Origin: Piromyces finnis finn
Lineage: Eukaryota; Fungi; Neocallimastigomycota
Length of the DNA: 36,877 nucleotides
Direction: 5' to 3'
Assembly (NCBI GenBank): GCA_002104945.1
Contig: MCFH01000122.1
Location: 1-36,877 of the forward strand
Numbering within the stretch: the stretch's first letter is position 1; each line of letters begins with the position of its first letter. Both the position numbers and the translations under genes were made by a program. This document shows positions 1-12,600 of this stretch, piece by piece. The notes below the pieces were generated by a model, which was not told where the DNA came from, did no database searches, and saw only the letters and a program-made list of their open reading frames with translations.

Positions 1-1263
1 CGCAATAATGTTTATATTATCATCACAAGCACCATAATTTGTTTGATTACCGTTTTCCTCTTGTATTTTTTGTTTATTATCTTTGGAATTACGCTTTTTT
101 CTCATAAATGGAATATTAGTAGAGAATCTTGCAGTACGACGAAGAAGTGAGCTTGGAACAGAAGCAGAACGACCTAAGCCTGAGGTATTATTATTCGAAG
201 TATTGTTATTACTATTACTTGTAGAAGCTTCTTCAATTTCTTCACATTCTAACCAATCAATTAAACCGGTGGAAGATGGGAAGAATTTCATCATATTGTT
301 AATTTCATCACTAATTTGCTTAGAGAATTCATCTAATTTCAAATCATTATCATCACCACCAAATGGATTTTCGATTTCTGAACTGATAGCTTCAATACCA
401 AAGAAAGTAAAAGAAGTTAATATAACAATAAGAACTGAGGCCCAGCCACAGTTTCTAATAATTTGTAATGGAAGAGTTAAAAGATATAAAGTCATGGCAT
501 GTTTAATGTGGATACCATAAACTAAAGGAATTGGAGTAGTTAAAATTCTTTCACAAGAAGTGAAATTATCGATGATACCATTAAGACTTGCGAATGAATT
601 ATTAATAATTGGAACAGGTAATCCCTTTTGTTGAAAAATATAACCTTCAATGTGATAAGCAATTTCTAATGGAAGCATTTTTAAAGCTTCAACGGAAGCA
701 ACAGTAATTAAAGAGTTGAAACGAGGAACATGCTTTACTAATTCGGATAAATCTTCATAATCCCAACCGTATTCACCTCTTAATGTATGACGAATTGAAA
801 TAACTAAAGCAATAATTAAACGCATTGCACCTTTTTTCAAATTTAATTTTTCATCCTTATTCTTGTCATTTTCATCAATATCTATACCGATCCAGATGTG
901 ACGAGAAAGATTACGGGCATGATTAAGGATATTTGCCCAATTCTTTCTACCTTCCCAAAAACGGTCATAGGCACTATTATTACGGAAAACTAATAATAAT
1001 GAAAGAACCAAACCTAAGTAAGTAACAAGAGAATGTGGGAAGAATATATGATTGATACTTGGGTGGTCTTTGAATTTATCGAATAAAATTTTTAAAACAA
1101 CGGTATAAATACCAAATATAAGAACTGGAATGTAAATTTTTGGAATTACTGAGCTTGAAAGCATTAAAATGTGTTTCCAACGTACATCACCATTTTTTGG
1201 AGGAATATATAATTTATTTGTCGTTTTACTTTCACTTTTTAATTTTGATGCTCTAGAATTCAT
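1..1263 (-). CDS. Bestrophin / YneE-type (UPF0187-like) anion channel, intronless, 3' end beyond the window
   Basis: Not in the ORF track because it has no stop inside the window. Manual translation from ATG at 1263 is open for 421 codons to base 1: MNSRASKLKS...LGLVLSLLLVFRNNSAYDRFWEGRKNW...ERILTTPIPLVYGIHIKH...FFGIEAISSEIENPFGGDDNDLKLDEF. The FRxNxAYDRFWEGRK and IExPFGxDxNDL motifs are bestrophin hallmarks. Confidence 0.9.
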   Translation of the reverse strand, partial: MNSRASKLKSESKTTNKLYIPPKNGDVRWKHILMLSSSVIPKIYIPVLIFGIYTVVLKILFDKFKDHPSINHIFFPHSLVTYLGLVLSLLLVFRNNSAYDRFWEGRKNWANILNHARNLSRHIWIGIDIDENDKNKDEKLNLKKGAMRLIIALVISIRHTLRGEYGWDYEDLSELVKHVPRFNSLITVASVEALKMLPLEIAYHIEGYIFQQKGLPVPIINNSFASLNGIIDNFTSCERILTTPIPLVYGIHIKHAMTLYLLTLPLQIIRNCGWASVLIVILTSFTFFGIEAISSEIENPFGGDDNDLKLDEFSKQISDEINNMMKFFPSSTGLIDWLECEEIEEASTSNSNNNTSNNNTSGLGRSASVPSSLLRRTARFSTNIPFMRKKRNSKDNKQKIQEENGNQTNYGACDDNINIIA

Positions 1264-3261
1264 TTTGAATTACTTTTGTTTTTTATTTTTTTTACAAATA
1301 AAGTTAATACATATATATAATTATCGTATTATATATATATATTTTCAAAAAATATATATATATAGTATAATAAAAATTAATAAAGTTGTTAGTATAAAAT
1401 TAAATTTTTTCATATCATCTTATTTTTTCTTTTTTTTTCTTATTACCTTTTTTTTTTATTTATTTTATTTTATGAGTAAAGTATATTAAAGTGTTTATTA
1501 ATTATATTTGAATGTTTTTATTGTTATATTTTTGATTTTAAATAATTTATACTTTAAATTATTTATTATTAAAAAAAAAAAATTTAAGTTTTATTATTCT
1601 TTTTAATTTAATAATAAATTTTTAAAATGTTTTTTTATTTAGAGTCAATAATATTATTTTGTTACTATTGATGTATTGAATATTTTTATTAATATTTTAT
1701 TGCTATTTTTTATTTTATTTTTTTTTTTATTTTTTTTTTTTTTTGTTTTGTTTTTTCTTTAATTTTACTTTTTTTTTTTTTTTTTGAAATTGAATTATTT
1801 TTTGTTTTTTATTTTTGTTTGCTTTTTGCTTTTTGCTTTTTTATTGTTCTGGTTTAAGTTTTAGTTTTTGCTTTTTGCTTTTTACTTTTTTTTGGTTTAA
1901 GTTTGCTTTAATTTTTTTTTTTTTTTTTTATTTTTTTTATAATTGTTTTAAGCGTCCAAACTTGTGTTTTTATATTTTTTTTTTTAAATTAATACAAAAA
2001 TGACAGAAAAAAAAAAATGACAGAATTTTTTAAAAGTAATAAAAATAATTATTTTACACATATATAAAAGTATATTCAAAATAAATATTACTTTATATAT
2101 TAATATATATTATAATAGAAAAGAACAACCAACCATTTTCATTTTTTATTACCACTTTTTAAAAAAAAGATATATTAGAAAATTTAAATTTGATGGAAAA
2201 ATTTTTACATAATTACATTTTACTTTTGATTGATGTGGCTTGTTAATATATTAATTAATATTATTTTTTATTTGTTAAAAACATACCTAAATAGAAAGAA
2301 TATAAAGAAGAATAAATAGGAAATAGTAAAGGATAGAATATGTTTGACGCTATATTAAATAAAAGATAATAGATGATACTACTTTCTGTTTATTGTGTGT
2401 TATTAAGCATTTTCTATTCTTCACTCTTCCTAAAGTAGGGTATTTTTCATATATTGGTTTAAAACAATACTAACTAATATAAATTTTATATGATTTAAAC
2501 TTTTAATTAATAGTTTCATAAATCTAAAATTTAATGTTGGTACATACAATAATATTTTTATACAATACGCCATGATTTTAATCTATAATGTAATACATCA
2601 ATTCAATAGATTAAACACAAAATTTTACAAAGATTGTAATACATTCCACAAATCCTAATTAAAATAAAATAATTTTTACTTTTAAAAATGTGGATATAAA
2701 AAAAAAAAAAACACCACCCACCACTTTTTAAAAGTAAAAACAAGGTATTATCAGACAAAAAGGGGTGTTTTTTTTTTTAAAAAAAAAAAGGATATTCTAT
2801 AATCAAGTCGATAATTTAAATCAACTTTAAAAATGTAATTAAAATGCAAATATATTTATTAAAATTAAGAAATTTTGTTAATTCTTATTAATAATTCTAC
2901 TAGTATTGTTAAAAAACCCATTACTAGAAATATAAAAGTTTTTTATAATAAAAACAAGCATAAATAAAACATAAAAGTTGAAAAAAACTCTTAAAATATT
3001 AAAAGGAAAATTAAAAAAATATTTTCTTTTTTTTTTTAATTACTTTCTTTTATTCATATTTACATAAAATATATATATATATATTTTAGTTATTTTACAT
3101 TGTGTATATTGAATATTTTTATTTTATATTTTATATTTGCATGATTCACTCTTATATTGGTTATTTATATTTTATATTTTTAATTTTTTCTATTTTATAG
3201 ATATATTAGTTTTTCTTTTATATATAAATTTATTTTCATTCTTTTTTTTTTTTATGTAATT

Positions 3262-4842
3262 TTATTTTAAAATTTGTTTTTCTCGATCTAATAATCTTAA
3301 TACACCTTCGATAGCATCAACTTCAACTTCTTCACCATCTTGAACAATAGTGGTTACATTTTCAATACCAACAATGCATGGTTTGTTAAATTCTCTACTT
3401 ACAAGATCACCATGTTGTAACATACTTCCAACTTCTAATACAATACCATCACAATTTATAATCAATGGTGTCCATCCTGGATCTGTGGCTTTGGTTATTA
3501 AAATCTCCCCTGGATTAAATTCTTTTTCATCTACATTGTTCATAACTTTGACTTTTCCTCTTACTTTTCCAAAGGAAACAGAATCTCCAAGCAATTCATT
3601 TGGATTGTTGGTTTTCTTTTTTTCTGACGAAAATATTCTTCCTCGGGAATCAAATAGCACAGGTGTTCTTTTCCATAAACTAAATATTTCATTCATTTTA
3701 TTATCTTTCCTAATTTGTTCCTGTACTTTTTCCTTGGTATAATTATCAGGATTTTGTAAAATGGAATTTAAACTTGAAATAGTTAATTGATAAATATCGT
3801 TGGTATCATCAATTAAATTTTTTTCTAATAAAATTTTTACTCTACTTAAGATAAGTTCTTTTATTTTAGATAAAGCAAAGATTATATAGTATTTCGGAGA
3901 TTCTATATAATAAAATAAATTTACAACATATTTAAAAGGCCTCTTCAAATTCCCTGACAACTTTCTTGCTTTTTAACATACTTTTTAATCTTTTAAATAC
4001 TTCCAGTCTTTTTGCATTTGTTTCTTCATAATCTTTTATTGGATTATTATTTTCATCATACATTAATAATGAAGTATATATTTGATTAAGAATTGGTTTT
4101 GGATTCTCGTAATATCTATCACTTTTTATATCTAATTCACCCTCCCCTCTGAAACCATACTTTTTCATAAATATTTCATAGTCAACATAAAATACTTTTT
4201 GGAATTTTTTATTTATAAAATCTTGATAAAATTCTTCTTGACTCTTATTTTCATAAAGATGTCTGTCTAATGATTTTGTTAATTTATATAAATATTTTTA
4301 TTTCCGATACTGAAAAACCCTTTTCTAATTTATATTTATATACTCTAAAGTCTATACAAGATATAAATGATTTGAGAACGTATTCTTCCATTGATTTAAA
4401 CCTTATTCCTAAATAACTTTCATAATTTCCTGCAAAAGGAGCACCGCTCAAGTCTTCCTCAGGAGAAGAGGAACAAACCGTATATAATATATTATCATAA
4501 TCATTTGGAAATATGGTTTTAAGGCTTTGTTCAATATTTTTTTTATTTTCTTCGGTTAATGTTAAATTATTTAAACACCATTCCTTTATTTCATTTAAAA
4601 TTAAAGAACATTCATCTAAATTATTTTCATTTTTTAATAATTCAAGAAATTGTTTATATAATTCCGTATTTTTTATTTCATTTATCCATTCCTTAAAGAA
4701 ATTTACTGTGAGAACAATACCATTTGGGACATTTAAATTTAATGAATTTAATTTTATTAATGAATATCCTTTTCCTCCAACTTCAGATATTTGAGGAAGT
4801 TCTATTGAATTTAAAAAAAACTATTTTTTTACTTTCACACAT
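3262..4842 (-). pseudogene. Degenerate PPDK_N (ATP-grasp) + PEP-utiliser swivel-domain gene, rifampin phosphotransferase / PEP synthase-like
   Basis: Fragments read in order: ATG at 4842; VGGKGYSL...VPNGIVLT; TVCSSSPEEDLSGAPFAGNYESYLG; YGFRGEGELDIKSDRYYENP; GEILITKATDPGWTPL...GSMLQHGDLVSREFNKPCIVG. Frame breaks at about 4811 (homopolymer), 4290 (junction) and 3933 (T-run). The VRSS Arg is replaced by Cys. About 525 codons versus about 870 aa for typical RPH-like proteins. Confidence 0.85.
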
Positions 4843-6792
4843 AATGAAATTGAAATTATTTTTATTTTTAAAAAAAGAAAATTGTAATTTTAAAATAAAT
4901 ATTCAACTTTTTTATTTATTTATTTATTTATTTATTTACTTATTTATTTAATATTTATATTTTTACTATTATTTTAAATTGAAATTGATAATGAAATGGA
5001 CGAATAACCAATCATCAACTATAAAGAAATTAAAATTTTAAAATTCTATAATAATTAAAAAAAAAAAAAAAACCTGAGGAGTAATAATACGACATATTTA
5101 CATTTAATAATTATAATTATATATACTTTATATGACGACATATTTTTTCTTTCTTTCTTTTTATAAATTATAATTAGAATAAATATCAATAGTTTATGAA
5201 TTTAATTATAAAAACATTGTTTAATACAAAGATGAAAATTATTACTTTTAATATTTGGAACAGGACAAAATATATTGAAAGATTTAATATTAACTGTCTT
5301 CAAAAAAAAAATTTTAATATGAAAGATAGGTTTAAAGTGTAATTTAGCATTTTACCACTTTTTATCCATATTCACATTCTTCTTTGTATTGTATATACTC
5401 CCATTATGATATATATGATAAAGTATTTTATTTAAAAAAAACTTCAAAGTTTTATTAAACAATATTTTCAAGTTTATTTTAAATAATAGTTTATAAAATA
5501 CAAAGAGTTGATTCATAATGGAAATTTATACTATAAAATGTGACTAATTGTATTAATAAAATTATTGTTCATGAATATTCTTAAAATATGTAAATACTAA
5601 TACATCACCTCATCATTAAAAAATAATAATTAAAGTTTAATTACGAAATTACAAAAAAAAAAGATTATTTTTTAATTGTAAATTGTTTTTCTTTATATAT
5701 ATAAAATAAAACTTTATTTTTTGAAACATTTCTTAATAATCCTTTTCTTTTTTCAACTTTGATGTTATGAGTCATTTATTCCTTCTTTTAATATAAACTA
5801 TATTTTTACAATTTTATTATCAAATATTATTTAAATTAATACTAGATAATATCAATTTAAAAAATAAAATGAATATATAAAATTGATATTATTACTACTT
5901 ATAAAGGCAATGAAATATGTTCTAAATAGATATAAATAATTTTATTAATTAACATATACACTTACACGGACATATTTTTATTTTTAAATTAAAAAGTAAG
6001 AAAAAAAAACTGAATGTTTTATTTAATAAAGTTAGCTTTTTCATAATATATGATATATATATATTTTATTTTTTTTAATAGTTAAATTGCATATAACATT
6101 TAATTAATGCATAAATTTTAATTATTAATATTTAATAGTAATAATTAAAATTGACTAACTTTATATTTTAATCTTTAATTATTATTATTTTTATATATTA
6201 AATAATGAAATAAGAAATATTAAAGATAGGAATCAAAGATTTAAATATAAATAAATATACTAGTAATCTAATATCATTATAAAAAAAGTAAAGAAAAAAA
6301 GAATATATGAATTGATCATATTCTTTTTATTAATAAGAAGTCAAGTCTAAAAAAAAAAAAAAGGAAAATAATTAAATTTTTCATTTCTTTTAAATTTCCT
6401 TTTTTAGTTTTAATTAAATAAATTATTTTAAAATAAAAAATAAACTTTTTTTTTTTTTTTTTGATTATTTATTGGATGGTATAAATTGAAATTTAAATTG
6501 AAAATTTAATTAAAAAAATTAATTATACTTTTATAATTTGATTTTTATTTTAATTATTATTACTTTAATTATTATTTCGAAAGAATAGTTTAATAAATTG
6601 TAAAAAAAAAAAAAAAGACTATATAAATAGATGAAAGTACTTTAATTTAGATATAAAAAAAATAAAAAAAAGCAAACAAATTTAAATATATTATTAAATT
6701 TTAATTTTATATCCTTCATAGATATATATTTTTTCATTTAATATTTTATTTTTTATTTATCTAAATTAGTTAGAGGAAAGGTTTAAAAAAAA

Positions 6793-8463
6793 ATGTTCTT
6801 TAAGAAAAGTATATCTAGTGAAAGTCTTCTTCATTATGTTAAAAAGAATGAAAATTTAAAGGTTAGAGATTTAATAAAAAATTCTAATAAAAGAAAGTTT
6901 ATTGATTTAAATGAAAAAAACGAAGATGGTGACTCTCCACTTTTATGTGCTGTCCATGAAAATAATTTTGAAAATGTTAAACTATTGATAGAATTTTCCA
7001 ATAAACGTAATTTTATATTAGAATTAAATGAAAAAAATGAAAATGGGGACTATCCAATTTTAGCCGCCATTAATAATAATAATATTGAAATAGTAAAGTT
7101 ATTAATAGCATATGCCAATAGACATCATATTCTTATGGATTTCAATACAGACAATAAAAATGGGGATAATCCATTAGTTACGACAATTACAAAGAATAAT
7201 ATTGAAATTCTTCAATTATTAATGAAATATGCAGATGATCATGATATTGTATTGGAATTGAATAAAAAAGGAAGGAATAACATTTATCCTATTTTATTAT
7301 CAATCTTTCAAAATAATATTGAAATAACTAAAGTATTAATAGACTATGCTAATCGTCATGAATTGGAATTAGAATTGAATGAAAAGGATATTATTGGTAA
7401 CACACCTTTATTATTAGCTGCTTTTAATAACAATGATGACATTATTGAATTATTAATTAATTATGCAGAGAAGCATAATATTATTTTAGAAATAAATGAT
7501 AAAATAAAGGATAGTAATAGTCCATTATTATTTGCTATTATGGGAGATAATATTAGTATGGCAAAATTATTAATAGAATATGCTAATAAACATAATATTA
7601 CTATGGAATTGAATCATATGAATGAAAATAAATATCATTTCCTTTCATGTGCTATAATAAAAAATAATATTGAGTTAATAAAACTATTACTAGATTATGC
7701 CGATCAACATGATATTACCTTGGAATTAAATAAAAAAGATAAAAATGGTACATATCCGGCTCTTTTGGCCGCTATTAATAATAATATAGAAATGATAGTA
7801 TTATTAATAGATTATGCCAACAAACATCATATTATTTTAACTATTAATGAAAAAGAGAATAATGGAAATAGTCCACTTTTAGTCGCCGTTAATAATAATA
7901 ATATAGAAATGGTGAATGTATTAATAAAATATGCTAATAGTAATAATATCATTTTAGAATTAAATGAAAAAAATAATTCTGGTTATGATCCATTATTTAT
8001 TTCTACCCTAAATAATAATTTAAATATGACAAAATTACTCATAGACTATGCTGAAAAAAACAATCTTACTTTAAAATTAAATGACAAAGAAGACGACGGT
8101 AATTATCCATTATTATTGACCACAAATCATAATAATGTAGAGATAACTAAAGTATTAATAGATTATGCAAATAAACATCAAATTTTATTGGATTTAAATC
8201 AAAAAAATAATAGTGGTAATTACCCAATATTATTTGCAACCTCTCGACAAAACATTGATATGATTAAATTAATCATGGACTATGCCGATAAAAATAATAT
8301 TATTTTGGAATTAAACGAAAAAAATAATCAAGGTTTTAATCCATTAATGCATGCATATATGTGTGGTAGTGAGGATATAGATAAATTAATGTTTAACTAT
8401 GGTGAAAAGCATCAAACTAGCTTTAAAGGGTTTGAATACTTATTCCGAGTATTTATACAATAA
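6793..8463 (+). CDS. Ankyrin-repeat protein, 13 tandem 39-aa repeats, intronless (556 aa)
   Basis: Single ORF. Consensus unit ELNEKNxxGxxPLLxAxxNNNIEIVKLLIDYANKHxIIL counted 13 times at a constant 39-aa period. Confidence 0.92.
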   Translation: MFFKKSISSESLLHYVKKNENLKVRDLIKNSNKRKFIDLNEKNEDGDSPLLCAVHENNFENVKLLIEFSNKRNFILELNEKNENGDYPILAAINNNNIEIVKLLIAYANRHHILMDFNTDNKNGDNPLVTTITKNNIEILQLLMKYADDHDIVLELNKKGRNNIYPILLSIFQNNIEITKVLIDYANRHELELELNEKDIIGNTPLLLAAFNNNDDIIELLINYAEKHNIILEINDKIKDSNSPLLFAIMGDNISMAKLLIEYANKHNITMELNHMNENKYHFLSCAIIKNNIELIKLLLDYADQHDITLELNKKDKNGTYPALLAAINNNIEMIVLLIDYANKHHIILTINEKENNGNSPLLVAVNNNNIEMVNVLIKYANSNNIILELNEKNNSGYDPLFISTLNNNLNMTKLLIDYAEKNNLTLKLNDKEDDGNYPLLLTTNHNNVEITKVLIDYANKHQILLDLNQKNNSGNYPILFATSRQNIDMIKLIMDYADKNNIILELNEKNNQGFNPLMHAYMCGSEDIDKLMFNYGEKHQTSFKGFEYLFRVFIQ

Positions 8464-9383
8464 ATTATATAAATTAAAAATATACCTATAATATATTAAA
8501 ACATATCATAATATATATCATTATTAAAATATATCATCAAAATATAAAAATAATAAAAGATAATAATAATAATAACACGATAATGAATAGTAATTATAAT
8601 TTTACTATTTAGTAAATAATGAATAATTAAACTTTGTCTTAATTATAAAATATTATTTCATTATTTATAAATATTATAAATATTATCATAAAAAATGTAA
8701 AAAAGTTAGTACAACTCATAAATTAATATTAATTCTATTACTATTAATAATAATCTTTGAATTTTTTATTTTTTTTAAAAAAAAAAAACTATAATATATT
8801 TTACAGATAAATTATAGTGGATTCCAATTCCAATTTTAATTTAAGATATAATTATATTCTTTTTTTTTTTTTTTTTTTTTTAAATACCTTTATAAAATTA
8901 ATTGATGAAAGATTCAAAATTAAATAAAGGAATTACAAAAAATAATCATTAAAAAATAACAATAACATCTTGTATTTATATTAATATAAATATGTTTACA
9001 TTTATTTTATAAATATATATATATTATATATAAATAGATAAAAATTTTAGTTGATAATGTTAACCTTGGATTAATTTAAATTCTATTATTATAACAACAG
9101 CAGCAATTAATTATGTTAATGACACTATGGAAATATATTTTTTTTTAAACAAAATTTTTATTTATGTTTTCTTTTTTGTTATTCGTTTTTTTTACTTTTT
9201 TTTTTTTTTACATTACTCTATATATTTATTACATTTTAATTATTTTATTATTATTTGAATATATAAAATATATTCCATATTTTATAAATCTAATTTCCTT
9301 TTTATATATATATATATATATTTAAAAAAGAAACTATTTATAAAAAGTATTACTTTTTTATTTATTTATTTTTGTTTATCATA

Positions 9384-9385
<2 letters not shown>

Positions 9386-9434
<49 letters not shown>

Positions 9435-9475
9435 TACTATTATTATTATTATTATTATTATTTATTATTATTATT
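9386..9475. repeat. (ATT)n microsatellite, interrupted
   Basis: Direct reading of the sequence; lies downstream of the MATH-SH3 gene. Confidence 0.85.
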
Positions 9476-9651
9476 TTTTTTTTTGCATTGTTTTTTTACG
9501 CTTTAATAAAAGATTTTGAAATAATAAAAAAATTTACCGATACAATAGCTTTTTTAAGTGTTAATTCACCAACAATATAAATTTAGTATATTGTTATATT
9601 TTTAGGATTACCTGAGATTTTTATTAACATGACTATTAATTAGTTTTACTT

Positions 9652-12600
9652 TTAAATGTTATCAGAACTTGGTGCAGAAGCTTGAATTGGACTTTCCGTT
9701 GGAATTGAAGGATTTTGAGGAGGAGAAGTTACTGAATATTGTGGTGGTGGTGGATATGCTGTTGCTTGAGGAATACATGGTTGTTGATATGGGGATGGTT
9801 GAGGAGATGGCTGTGGGGATGGAATGGAATATGGTTGTGGATATAATCCAGAGGCAGGTTGAGAAGATAATGGAGCTTGTCCATAAGGTTGTTGTGGATA
9901 TGGACTTTGACCTGGAGCTGGTGCAGGAGCTGGTTGAGGTGATAATGGAGGATATAATCCTTGACCTGGTGTTGGAGCTGGTGTTGACTGAGGAGACAAT
10001 GGAGTTGGTGGAGCTTGGCCATAAGGTTGTTGTGGATACAATTCTTGACCTGGTGTTGGAACTGGCGTTGGTTGAGGAGACAATGGAGCTGGTGTTGGCT
10101 GAGGAGACAATGGAGCTGGTGGAGCTTGGCCATAAGGTTGTTGCGGATATAATCTTTGGCCTGGAGCTGGAGCTGGTTGAGGAGATAATGGGCCATAAGG
10201 TTGTTGTGGATATGGTCCTGGTGCTGGTTGGGGATAGGCTGGTACAGCAAATGGATATGGTGGAGAAGGTTGGAATGGAAAAGCATTTTGATATTGTGGA
10301 TGTGGTGATGGTGGAGGTTGACCATAAGGTTGTGATGATGGTTGAAGATATGGTTGTTGAAGATAAGAATATTGAGGAGCAGATTGAGGAACAGGTTGAG
10401 GAACAGGTTGAATAGTAGGTTGAGCAGCAGGTTGAGCAGTTGGTTGCGGAGTTTGTTGCGGAGTTGATTGAGGAGTTGGTTGAGCAGTAGATTGAGCAGT
10501 AGGTTGAGGCATAGATTGATTATTTTGATTAGAAGTGTTTTCTTCAGGTTTCGAGGCAGGTTTTGGTTTTGGTGGTTTAATTTTATTATTCTTTAAATCT
10601 ATAATTCAAAATATTTGGAAAAGATTATTATGCTTATTTTACTTATTATTTATTTATTTATTTATTTATTATTTATCATTTATTTTAAATGAGAGAAAAA
10701 AAACTTTACCTATTAAAAATTGTTCATCAAATTTTCTAACATATTCTTTTGGGAATAATGAGAAACCATTTATTTTTTTCTCATCATCATGAAGTTTAAT
10801 ACCTTTTACATATTCATCATCATAATCCCAATCATAAACAACTATTTTATCACCAATTTTAATATCAACTTCATAACTTTCTTTTGCTTTATAATCTCCG
10901 ATAGCAATGGCAGCGGTACCTTTTTGTTTTTCTTCTTCTAAATCACTATCTTCTAAATCTATTAATAGATCGTTAAATATAAAAATAATCATAAAAATAA
11001 TTTAAAATTCATTTAATATATTTATATACATTCCATAAAAATTAAAAAATAAAATGGTAGAAAAGAAAAAAAACATTAAAATACCTGATTCACTAATAAC
11101 ATTAGCTATATCAATTTTTCCTTGATTTACACTACTCTTTTTCAACTTTGGGTCATCTGTATTTAACTTTTCTACATCATATTTGGAATATTCTATATTA
11201 TTGTTATTATCCACTTTATATTCATATAATTTTACATCAAGATCACCATTTTGATCAAAATGATAAAGAATACCACCTCCATTCTTTTTATCCTTAGATT
11301 GGTATTCCAATGTAAAATCTTTATTTGTGATTTTAACTATTATATATTTATATTAAAGTTAATTAATATCATAAATATATTAATATTTAAAAATATATAA
11401 TAATATTTCTTCCTTATATATATTTACTTTGTGGTTTCTTTTTGTATATACGAATATAACAACCAAAAACAAGTTTATTATTTTCTAATAAACGATTTCC
11501 ATTACTATATAAATTTTTATATCCTACAAAATTCTTCATAATTAATGCATTTGCTTTTCTGGTTAAATTCATATAATCATTTGAAACTAAAAAAAAAGTT
11601 TTATAAATTTTTAGTATTTTAAATATATATATATTAATGCATATTTAATATTATAGTTACTATTCGATTCGAGTAAGACAGCATCATAGCCTTTATAATT
11701 TCTAATATAAAAAATAGTTTTAAGATATATAATCGCATCTCTTTTTTCGCTCTTTTCATCACAAAATTCTGTGCAGGTTAATTGCATACCTATCTTTTTC
11801 TTTATTATATCTGGAAGTAATTCAAACTCCCTATAAAAATTATAAATTTTATTTAATTTAAAAAAAAAAATTTTTTTTTTCTTACAATAGAAAATTATAA
11901 ATAATAGTTATTATTCTTACCACTGAAAATCTCCAAAATAAAATGTTTTACTAAACGAATCATATTCTTCAGATTCATTTTCCCAATCGGCAATTTCTCT
12001 TTCAAAGAATCTTTCACCAAGAACATTACCTCCTCTATATTTACTATCATCAATAGATTCTTTTAATACTTTTACAAATTTATCTAAATATAAAAATTAA
12101 AAATAAAATATGGTTTAATAATTAATATCTCTTCACTGTTCGCATAATAAATATCAATATAGATAGTTTAAATTTAATAATATTTTGGAATACTAACCAA
12201 ATTTAGTTGGTTTATATTGGCATATATAAACACCAAACACAATTTTATTATCTTCAATTAATCCTTGATGACCGTTTTCATCACTTTTTACTTTTGATTT
12301 TTCAATAAATTCTCTAATACAACTATAGTTATTATACTTATTAATTATTGTCATATTATTATTTGCTATACAAAAAATTTTTATAATATTAGCAATATAT
12401 AATATGAAATGACAATGTTAATTTTAACTTTAAAATTATAAAATTAATAATATTATTAATTTTTTTTTACTTACACATTAAATAATGACAAGAGTAATCA
12501 TTTACATTTCTAATGAAAAACATAACATCTGCATAAATATTAAATTCTTCTGGAATTTCTTTTCTCATTACATTTATATTATGAAGGAAGAAAGATATAT

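Noticed and set aside
83-520. 145-aa plus-strand ORF (also 1169-1489)
   Set aside because: Antisense shadow of the bestrophin CDS, or AT-rich promoter noise.
3350-4951. Plus-strand ORFs 3350-3742, 4513-4794 and 4724-4951
   Set aside because: Antisense to the PPDK/RPH-like relic; no independent motifs.
9669-10415. 248-aa Val/Glu/Leu-rich plus ORF and 198-aa His-rich minus ORF (9729-10325)
   Set aside because: Alternative-frame by-products of CCA/CAA-rich repeats in the Pro/Gln tail.
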